Below, piece after piece: positions 17,404-24,985 of a stretch of DNA of 64,000 bases. Position 1 is the first letter of the stretch, and each line of letters begins with the position of its first letter. The translations under genes and the position numbers were made by a program. The stretch is from Polyangia bacterium. Its GTDB lineage: Bacteria > Myxococcota_A > Polyangia > Nannocystales > Nannocystaceae. The stretch is taken from positions 129,130 through 193,129 of the forward strand of contig JAUHWG010000011.1 of NCBI GenBank assembly GCA_030424595.1, given 5' to 3'. The notes under the pieces were generated by a model. It was not told where the DNA came from and made no database searches. It saw only the letters and a list, made by a program, of their open reading frames with translations.

Positions 17404-19608
17404 TCACATGTTGTTGATGTACTGGATCGCGATCTCGCAGTACGGGTTGATCTCGATCGCGCGCTCAAAGCTCTCGCGGGCGCTGTCGGTGGCGCCGAGG
17501 CCGAGGAGCACCGCGCCGCGATAGGCGTGGACGAGATCGAGCTCCGGCTCCCGCTGCTCTGCGTACGCGAGCAGATCGAGGGCGTCCTGGGCGGCCGCGG
17601 GGTTGCCTCCTGCGGCGCGGTAGCGGGAGAAGGCGAGGGCCGCGTGGAGGACGGCGACGTCGTAGCCGTTTTGGTAGGCGTCCTCGAAGAGCGCCGAGGC
17701 CGAGGCGTAGTCCCCCTCGTTCATCGCCGCGACCGCGTCCTGGTAGCGAGCGCCGCCGATGTCGCCGCTCTCCTCGTCGACCGCGAGATCATCGAAGTCG
17801 AGGTTCGCGAGATCGTCCAGGTCGTCGTCGGAGATGCCCTTGTCGTCGAGGTCGACGTCGCCGAGGTCGACGTCGCCGAGGTCGACTTCGCCGAGGTCGA
17901 TGTCGTCGAGGTCGATGTCGTCGAGGTCGCCCAGGTCGATGTTGTCGTCGAGGTCCCCGAGCTCTTCGTTGAGGTCGTCGATGTCATCGCCGATGTCGCC
18001 GAGGTCGATGTCGTCGAGGTCGATGTCGTCGACCTCCACATCCTCGACGACCTCCTCGATCATGCTGACCTCGTCGAACTCGTCGAGGGTGCTGACCTCG
18101 GCGATGTCGTCGTCGACGTCCGCGAGATCGGGGAGCTCGTCGATCCCGGAGAGGTCGTCCAGATCGATCGCGTCGACCTCCTCGAGGGCGGAGAGCTCGT
18201 CGATCGGGATCGCCTCGATCGAGTCCTCCGGGGACGGGGCCGCGGGCGCCGGTTCGGGCTCGGGCTCGGGCTCGGGCTCGGGGAGCGCGAGGTCATCGAT
18301 GTCGCTGAGGTCGAGATCGTCGAGGTCGGGGAGGTCGTCGATGTCGCCGAGGTCGAGGTCCTCGACCGGGAGGTCCTCGAGGTCGGGTAGGTCCTCGACC
18401 ATCTCGACCTCGTCGACCATCTCGACCATCTCTTCGTCGTCGAGGAGCTCGACCTCGTCGTCAAAGCTCTCCTCGTCGAGGTCGAGGAGCGAGCCGTCGA
18501 GCGTCGTCGGCTCCTCGCGGATGGCGGGCTCCTCGTCGAGATCGCTGAAGTCGGACTCGTCGCCTTGGGTCTGGGCCTGGGAGAGCTTCTCGGCGCGGCG
18601 CACCTTGGCCCGGAGGTCGCGGGTGTCGAGGACGACGCTCTCGTCCTCGTCGAGGGCCGCGACGCCGGCGAACATCTCCTCGTCTTCGGTGAGGAGGGCG
18701 GGCATCCGCGAGGTCGACTGGGCCGCGGAGGGCAGGCGGCTGGGCAGGGGAGTGTCCTCGTACTCGCCGATGACGCTCGCAGGCTCGAAGTCCGGCGCGA
18801 GGTCGGCGTCGTCGAGCCCCTCGGGCTGGAGCTCGGGCTTTTTGGGCTTGGGTCGGGCGAGGAGGCGGCGGGTCTTGAGATCGACCACACCTGCGGCGAT
18901 GAGCCCGTAGAGCAGGGTCGCGGTCCGGGGGACGGGGAGGTCGAGCTCGCCGCTCAGGAGCTCGTCGACGCTGCGGCTGCCGTCGAGACCCTGCAGGACG
19001 TACACCTCTTCCGGGATCAGCTCTAGGGGATCCGCGTTGCTCGTCCAGGCCGGCACCGCGACCGGATACTTGCCGGCGAAGGGGCGGAGCGCGTGACGTG
19101 CTCGGTCGTCGGAGTAGCGCGACTGGATCGCCGAGATGATGATGTTCTCGTTGCACTCGCTGGGCGGCGCCTCGCCCGTGTCGTCGCCGCCGGGCTTGAA
19201 CTGAAAGCGTCCCTCCTCCCACGAGAAGATGTCGCCGAGCTTGCCGCGAAACTGGGCGTCGAGGCCGTACTGGAGGTTGCCCTCGGAGATGAGGCCCATC
19301 TCGATGAGGAGCTCGCCCTGCTTCTTGCCGGTGCGGCGCACCGCCTCGAGGGAGTTGTCGCTCTGCTCTTGGGTGATCAGCCCCTCAGACGCCAGGATCT
19401 GGCCGAGACACTCGGAGATCACGTTGGAGCGCACGGAGACCGGCTTGCCGGCGCGGAAGAAGATGACCTTCTTCGTCTGTCCGTTGAGCAAGTAGAGGCT
19501 GCCGGTGACCTCGGCGCGTGCGATCTGCCGGATCAGCTGGGGAAAGGGGATGCGCTTGAGCGACCCCTTGGTCGGAAACCCTGATTCGGTGTCGGCATGC
19601 TCGGTCAT
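17404..19608 (-). CDS. DUF4388 (PATAN-like) domain protein with a ~230-aa hyper-acidic repetitive linker and a C-terminal TPR-like domain
   Basis: N-terminus LKRIPFPQLIRQIARAEVTGSLYLLNGQTKKVIFFRAGKPV matches the DUF4388 pattern. The central region is ~60% Asp/Glu/Leu/Ile, with 15-18-bp in-frame DNA repeats encoding (D/E)(L/I)(G/D)D(V/I)D units. C-terminal TPR-like helices. Confidence 0.7.
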   Translation of the reverse strand: MTEHADTESGFPTKGSLKRIPFPQLIRQIARAEVTGSLYLLNGQTKKVIFFRAGKPVSVRSNVISECLGQILASEGLITQEQSDNSLEAVRRTGKKQGELLIEMGLISEGNLQYGLDAQFRGKLGDIFSWEEGRFQFKPGGDDTGEAPPSECNENIIISAIQSRYSDDRARHALRPFAGKYPVAVPAWTSNADPLELIPEEVYVLQGLDGSRSVDELLSGELDLPVPRTATLLYGLIAAGVVDLKTRRLLARPKPKKPELQPEGLDDADLAPDFEPASVIGEYEDTPLPSRLPSAAQSTSRMPALLTEDEEMFAGVAALDEDESVVLDTRDLRAKVRRAEKLSQAQTQGDESDFSDLDEEPAIREEPTTLDGSLLDLDEESFDDEVELLDDEEMVEMVDEVEMVEDLPDLEDLPVEDLDLGDIDDLPDLDDLDLSDIDDLALPEPEPEPEPEPAPAAPSPEDSIEAIPIDELSALEEVDAIDLDDLSGIDELPDLADVDDDIAEVSTLDEFDEVSMIEEVVEDVEVDDIDLDDIDLGDIGDDIDDLNEELGDLDDNIDLGDLDDIDLDDIDLGEVDLGDVDLGDVDLDDKGISDDDLDDLANLDFDDLAVDEESGDIGGARYQDAVAAMNEGDYASASALFEDAYQNGYDVAVLHAALAFSRYRAAGGNPAAAQDALDLLAYAEQREPELDLVHAYRGAVLLGLGATDSARESFERAIEINPYCEIAIQYINNM

Positions 19609-19792
19609 GGATCACTCGACGGTGTCGCGCTGCCTGGCGGATGCGCTGCGGGCAGGCTGGCACAGCCGCCGCGCTAGCGCCAAGAGGATATCGCGGTCGC
19701 CGCAGGTCTGGGGGGGCGCGCGCTCTGCGGCCTCGTCCGGTTGGAGAGCGCGCGGGAACGGGCTCTACGCCCTTTTGTCGCGGTCTTGGGGG

Positions 19793-20590
19793 ATGGCAGG
19801 TAGTGTGCGGGCCGTGCAGACGCCGGTTGCAGTGGTCTTGGCGGCGGGGAAAGGCACGCGGATGGGCTCGGATCTGGCGAAGGTCCTCCATCCCGTCGCC
19901 GGAGCGCCGATGGTGTACTACCCGATTCGCTCTGCGCGGGAGGCCGGGGTCGGCGATGTCGTCGTCGTCGTCGGCCATCAGGCGGAGGACGTCCGAGCGA
20001 AGGTACAAGAGGCCTTTCCCGCCGCCCGCTTCGCCCTCCAACGCGAGCAGCGGGGCACCGGCCACGCTGTAGCTTGCGCGCTAGAGGCCCTTGAAGGGGT
20101 TGTTGGCCAGGTCCTGATCCTCAGCGGCGATGTGCCGATGCTGCGAACGCAGACCCTCAGCCGGCTCCTCAAGGCGGCCGAAGGCGCATCCGCGGGGCTC
20201 GCCCTCGCGACGTTTATTCCCCCCTCGGCGAGCGGCTACGGACGGATCCTCCGGGAGGAGGGCCGCGTCGTCGGGATCCGCGAAGAGAAGGACGCGAGCC
20301 CCGAAGAGCGATCCATCGGCGAGTGCAACGCAGGGGTCTACTGCGCCGACCTGGCGCTCTTGCGGGAGGTCCTGCCGATGCTCGGGAGTGACAACGCCCA
20401 GGGCGAGATCTACCTCACGGATGTCGTCGCCGAGGCGGCGCAGCGCGGTGATGTCGCGGCTGTGCTCGTCGACGCCGAAGAGGTCGCCGGGATCAACACG
20501 CGCGAGCAGCTGGCGATCGTCGACGCGCGCCTGCGCGATCAGGGGGCCTCCACGGCCCGGAGCGCGGCGACGAGCTCGTCCATCGTGTAG
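19793..20590 (+). CDS. Nucleotidyltransferase resembling the N-terminal uridyltransferase domain of GlmU; no left-handed beta-helix acetyltransferase domain
   Basis: VAVVLAAGKGTRMGSDLAKVLHPVAG...QREQRGTGHAV matches the GlmU pyrophosphorylase motifs. ATG at 19793. The ORF track's upstream extension is low-complexity. Confidence 0.65.
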   Translation: MAGSVRAVQTPVAVVLAAGKGTRMGSDLAKVLHPVAGAPMVYYPIRSAREAGVGDVVVVVGHQAEDVRAKVQEAFPAARFALQREQRGTGHAVACALEALEGVVGQVLILSGDVPMLRTQTLSRLLKAAEGASAGLALATFIPPSASGYGRILREEGRVVGIREEKDASPEERSIGECNAGVYCADLALLREVLPMLGSDNAQGEIYLTDVVAEAAQRGDVAAVLVDAEEVAGINTREQLAIVDARLRDQGASTARSAATSSSIV

Positions 20591-20913
20591 GGCTTTTCGA
20601 CGAAGGCGTTCGCGCCGGCGGCCAGCGCTCGACGGACCTCGCCGCGGACCGTGCTCGCGGAGACCGCGACGATCGGCAGGTCGCTAATCGTCCACAGCTC
20701 GCGGATCGTCCGGATAAGGGCGAGCCCGCCGGGGCCGGGGAGGCCGAGATCGACGAGGAGCACGTCCGGGCGCGCCGATCGGAGTGAGCGGAGCGCCTCC
20801 TCGCCGTCGTGGACCGCCTTGACGGTGAAGCCCTGCCGCTCGAGGATCCGGCGGGCGAGCACCACATGGGTCGGGTCGTCCTCGACATAGAGCACGAGGG
20901 TCGGCGAGGTCAC
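20539..20913 (-). CDS. Single-domain response regulator (REC only)
   Basis: LVLYVEDD...VLLVDLGLPGPGG...IVAVSAS...K at the conserved positions. Start is probably the GTG at 20913. Its 3-prime end overlaps the convergent nucleotidyltransferase by ~50 nt. Confidence 0.65.
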   Translation of the reverse strand: MTSPTLVLYVEDDPTHVVLARRILERQGFTVKAVHDGEEALRSLRSARPDVLLVDLGLPGPGGLALIRTIRELWTISDLPIVAVSASTVRGEVRRALAAGANAFVEKPYTMDELVAALRAVEAP

Positions 20914-20968
20914 CGGCTGAGAGTAGCAGCGCGGTCGCGCTGACAGTCGCTGAAGTACACTGCCGTCG

Positions 20969-22531
20969 ATGTCCCGTCGCCATCGGCCAAGGCCCGGCCC
21001 AGCGCAGCTCCGCGCCGCCCTCGGGGGTCGGATCCGCGGTGCGCTGGTCGCACTGTCGATCGGCGTTTCGCCGTCGATGGCCCTCGCCGAGCCCTCTGGC
21101 GCGGCTTCGTCGGAGCCGGCGGGATCTGCCAAGGTGAGCGGGTCATCGTCGGTCGACGACTCGGGCGTGGTCCCGCGAAACCTGCGGATCATCGAGGTCT
21201 CGATCGTCGGCACCGAGCAGGTCTCCGACAAGCAGATCATCAAGGCCCTCGAGAGCGAGGCTCTGACCGTCGGCGCGCCGATCCTCTGGCCGGAGGATCC
21301 CCGGGTCGAGCGGGCGCGCCTCCGCCTCTTGATGACCGGCTACTTCGGCCGGGTGACCCTCAAGCTGCGGCCGGTCGCCGGCGACGATGAGGGGGCGGTG
21401 CTAGTGGTCGACGTCGACGAACGGGCGTCCCTGACGGTCACCGACGTCTTCCTCGGATCCTCGGAGATGACCCCCTTTCACGGCGGTCTTCAGCTCGTCG
21501 AGCGCAACTTCCTCGGCCGGGCGATCCACCTCGGCGGAGGCTTTATCTGGGGCTCCCAGCCGCGCCAGCTGGCCAAGGCTCGACGTCAGCAGGGCGGTCG
21601 TCTCTTCGTCATGGCGCCGCGCCTGCCGGGGACCCGCGTCGGCCTCAGCGGGACCTTCTACGCCCTCTCGGCGAGCGAGCCCTACCGGGTCCTCGGAGCC
21701 CGCGACGACCCCTCGCCGAACCTCTTCCGCAGCGTCGACTACACCCGCGTCGGCGGGATCCTCGGGGCCTCGTTCCCGATCACCTCCCGCTTCGGCTTCG
21801 GCATCGACTACCGCTTTGAGCAGGTCAACGGCAGCCCGCCCGACAACCCGGTCTACGTCGCCCCGGAGGGCTACTCCACGGAGGTCGACCTCGGGCTCCT
21901 CTCCGGATCGCGACGCCTGACCTCGACCAATTTCACGATCAACTGGGACGGCCGGGATCGAGCGGCCCACTTCGGCCAGGGCGGTCGCTTCGCGCTCGAT
22001 CTCCACCTCGCGTCGCCCCTGGTCGGCAGCGAGTACGAGTACATTCGCCTGGTCGCAGGGGCAGGTTATACGTTTCGCCTGCCGTGGCGCCACTGGATCA
22101 CCCCGAGCATCCTCGCCGGCCAGATCGCCGGCGACGCGCCGCGATTCGAGCGCTTCTACGCCGGTGAGCTGAGCGAGCTGACGCCTGGCCGGGAGCTCGG
22201 GATCCTCTACTCGACCCGGTCTCCGTTTGATCTGCTCGGCACCGGCATCGACACGCGGACCTTCGGCGCGATCTTCGCCCGAGGCGACGTTGAGTACGTC
22301 TGGCCGCTCTTCCGTCGCTCTCGCTTGCGCGGCCTCGAGGGCGGTCATCTCTTCTTCGGCGCCGGCATCTTCACGATCGCCGGGGACGCGGACGAGCGGA
22401 GGAATTGGCGGGCTCTCGGCATGCCAGCGGCGCCGATCGGACTCAACCTGAACCTCGGTCTGCGCCTCGAGACCGCGCTCGGGACCCTCGACCTGTCGGT
22501 CGGCAACGTCATGCGGAGGTTGCCGCTGTGA
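20969..22531 (+). CDS. Omp85-family outer-membrane protein (one POTRA domain plus a bacterial-surface-antigen beta-barrel)
   Basis: N-terminal signal peptide. POTRA-like LRIIEVSIVGTEQVSDKQIIKALE...FGRVTLKL. Gly/aromatic-rich beta-strand-like C-terminal half ending in an aromatic-rich terminal strand. Confidence 0.7.
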   Translation: MSRRHRPRPGPAQLRAALGGRIRGALVALSIGVSPSMALAEPSGAASSEPAGSAKVSGSSSVDDSGVVPRNLRIIEVSIVGTEQVSDKQIIKALESEALTVGAPILWPEDPRVERARLRLLMTGYFGRVTLKLRPVAGDDEGAVLVVDVDERASLTVTDVFLGSSEMTPFHGGLQLVERNFLGRAIHLGGGFIWGSQPRQLAKARRQQGGRLFVMAPRLPGTRVGLSGTFYALSASEPYRVLGARDDPSPNLFRSVDYTRVGGILGASFPITSRFGFGIDYRFEQVNGSPPDNPVYVAPEGYSTEVDLGLLSGSRRLTSTNFTINWDGRDRAAHFGQGGRFALDLHLASPLVGSEYEYIRLVAGAGYTFRLPWRHWITPSILAGQIAGDAPRFERFYAGELSELTPGRELGILYSTRSPFDLLGTGIDTRTFGAIFARGDVEYVWPLFRRSRLRGLEGGHLFFGAGIFTIAGDADERRNWRALGMPAAPIGLNLNLGLRLETALGTLDLSVGNVMRRLPL

Positions 22532-23172
22532 AGCGCCGCGGCTTCATCGTCGCGGGCCTGAGCCTCCCGCTCGTCGCCGCCGCAGGCGGACGCGAGCTGC
22601 TCCGGGCGCGTCGGGCCGACTTCGTCGAGGTCGGCGACGCGGTGCTGATGAGCGTCAGCCTCCCGGAGCTCCTCTCGACCCGCGATCGTGACGCGATGGC
22701 GTCGATCGAGTCGGCCTTCTCGACGACGCTGGTCTTTGAGATCAAGCTCTACCGCAGCGGCTCGACCCGGGCCGTGAGCGCCCAGCGGCGGATCGTCAAG
22801 ATCCAGTGGAACCCCTGGAAGGAGCGCTTCGGCGTCCAGACCAGCGATCCGGGGCAGGGGACCCGAACCGCCTACTTCCGCAGCCGTAATCGAGCGATCG
22901 CCCGCGCTGTCGGGCTCGATCGGATCCAGATCGCCCGCTCGCGCGACCTCGACCGCGGCCGCGACGCGACCTACTTCGTCACCGTCGTGGGCCAGCGAAA
23001 CCCGATCACCGCGGCGCTCCTGCCTGAGGAGGAGGTCGTCGGCGGGCAGGGGCAGGGCAGCGATCTGTCGGCCTTCTCGCGCTGGATCGGGATCTTCATC
23101 CGCGACACGCCGGCGGCGGAGAAGACCTTCGCCATCCGCACCACCCCAGCCTTCTACCTCGTGCCCCGATGA
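22528..23172 (+). CDS. Small secreted/periplasmic protein (possibly DUF4390-like) encoded between the Omp85 gene and the sensor-kinase gene
   Basis: GTG start overlaps the Omp85 stop (GTGA). Signal peptide MKRRGFIVAGLSLPLVAAAGG. The 3-prime end overlaps the kinase start (ATGA). Confidence 0.5.
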   Translation: MKRRGFIVAGLSLPLVAAAGGRELLRARRADFVEVGDAVLMSVSLPELLSTRDRDAMASIESAFSTTLVFEIKLYRSGSTRAVSAQRRIVKIQWNPWKERFGVQTSDPGQGTRTAYFRSRNRAIARAVGLDRIQIARSRDLDRGRDATYFVTVVGQRNPITAALLPEEEVVGGQGQGSDLSAFSRWIGIFIRDTPAAEKTFAIRTTPAFYLVPR

Positions 23173-24749
23173 GCGTCCCGTCCCTCCGCCGACATCGCGC
23201 CGCGCTCCGGGTCCCCTGGTGGGGGCGGTTGGAGTCGCGGGTGATCACCGCGCTGGTGGCCCTCGGGATCCTCTGCGTCGGCGCCTCGGCGTACCTGGTC
23301 AAGCTCACCGTCGAGTACTTCGACGGCTTGGTCGGCGCCGCCATCGAGCGCAGCGACGACGCCGTGGACATCGCCGCGGCCCACTACGGGGCCCTGGTCG
23401 CGGTCTACAAGGAGGCCTACCGGGCGCGCTCGCGGGCGTTGGCGCGCGAGGTCGACGCGGAGCTCGGCGCGGCGGATCTGGAGAGCGTCTCGCTGGTGCT
23501 CCGGCGGGCGCTCGAGGCGGAGGCGGACCTCGTCGCGCTGAGCCTGGTCCGCGGCGACGAGGTGGTCATCGAGGTCGAGCGGCGCGGGCTCTTGCCGGAG
23601 GACTCGGGGGCATGGATCTGGGTCGAGGCGGAGCCCGTCGAGCTCCGCGGGCCGCTCTTTGTCGCCGAGAACCTGGAGCTCTCGGTCCTCTTCGCGCTCG
23701 ACCCGGCGATCGAGCGGCGACACCAGGCGCTCGGCCAGCTCAAGCGGGAGGGCGAGCACATCGCCGTCGGGCCGCGCGCGATCGTCGATCGGGATGAGCT
23801 GGAGAACGCTGTCTTTAGGGCTATTGCAGCGGCTTCAGCCCTGGTGTTGATGATCGCCTTCATCGCCGGATTTCTCCTCGCGAGGGCGACGACCCGCAAG
23901 GTCTCGGAGCTCTCTCGGGTGATGCGGGAGGTCGCCGGCGGTGACCTCTCGGTGCGGGTTCGATCCCTCGGCAAGGACGAGCTCGGGGTGCTCGGCGCGG
24001 CCTTCAACGGGATGCTCGACGAGCTGGCCGCGGCGCAGGGCAAGGTCGCCTACCTCGAGCGCGTGAGCGCCTGGCAGGAGATGGCGCGGCGGATCGCCCA
24101 CGAGATCAAGAACCCGCTGACGCCGATCCAGCTCGCGGTGCAAAACCTTCGCGACAAGGATCCCAAGGTCAACGCCCGGTTCAGCGCGCTCCTCCAGACC
24201 TCCGCCGAGATCGTCGAGGACGAGATCGAGGCGCTGCGGCGGATGGTCGGCACCTTCTCCCAGCTCGCCAAGGTCCCCGAGGCCCAGCTCGCCCCGGTCT
24301 CGCTCGGCCGGGTCTTGACGGAGTTCGAGCGGGCCTACGGCCACCTTACAGAGCACCCGAGCGACCGCCTCGAGATCGGCGCTGCGCCGGATGTCACCTG
24401 TCTCGGCGATCGTCAGCTCCTCAAGCAATGCCTCGTCAACCTGGTGGAGAACGCGGTGCTCTCCTGCCGCGAGGCAGGCGGGGGGCCGGTACAGGTCCGG
24501 ATTCGAGCAGAGGTCGCGGACGACGAGGTCGAGATCTGGGTCGAGGACAACGGGCCGGGGATCGAGCCAGAGCGGCGAGAGCGGGTCTTTGAGCCCTACG
24601 AGTCCTCCCGCGAGGAGGGGAGCGGGCTCGGCCTCGCGATCGTCAAGAAGATCATCCTCGATCACCGGGGCGAGGTCCGGGTGGAGACGAGCGAGCTCGG
24701 CGGCGCGGCGATCGTGATCCGTCTGCCGATCGAGCCGGCCTCGACCTAG
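23169..24749 (+). CDS. Sensor histidine kinase (two TM segments, HAMP, HisKA, HATPase_c; NtrY-like)
   Basis: HAMP (VMREVAGGDLSVRV). H-box IAHEIKNPLTPI. N-box LVNLVENA. G-boxes DNGPGI and GSGLGLAIVKKI. Confidence 0.85.
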   Translation: MSVPSLRRHRAALRVPWWGRLESRVITALVALGILCVGASAYLVKLTVEYFDGLVGAAIERSDDAVDIAAAHYGALVAVYKEAYRARSRALAREVDAELGAADLESVSLVLRRALEAEADLVALSLVRGDEVVIEVERRGLLPEDSGAWIWVEAEPVELRGPLFVAENLELSVLFALDPAIERRHQALGQLKREGEHIAVGPRAIVDRDELENAVFRAIAAASALVLMIAFIAGFLLARATTRKVSELSRVMREVAGGDLSVRVRSLGKDELGVLGAAFNGMLDELAAAQGKVAYLERVSAWQEMARRIAHEIKNPLTPIQLAVQNLRDKDPKVNARFSALLQTSAEIVEDEIEALRRMVGTFSQLAKVPEAQLAPVSLGRVLTEFERAYGHLTEHPSDRLEIGAAPDVTCLGDRQLLKQCLVNLVENAVLSCREAGGGPVQVRIRAEVADDEVEIWVEDNGPGIEPERRERVFEPYESSREEGSGLGLAIVKKIILDHRGEVRVETSELGGAAIVIRLPIEPAST

Positions 24750-24985
24750 TCACCCGCTCTTGTCGGCCCTGGGGCCCGATCCCGAGGGGCGGCGCGCCGT
24801 GTATGCGCAGGGCATACCTCGGCGGTCTTGACGTCAGCCACTCTCCCCCCGGCCGGTCCTGCAAAAGCGGTTGCAGCCCGCTTTAGGGCTGTGCAACGAT
24901 CCTTTCGCCCGATCGCAGCGGATGCTGGCGGGCGGTGAGTCCAATGCTGAGGTCGAGACACTCGAAGAATGACAGGTGCTCTGTC

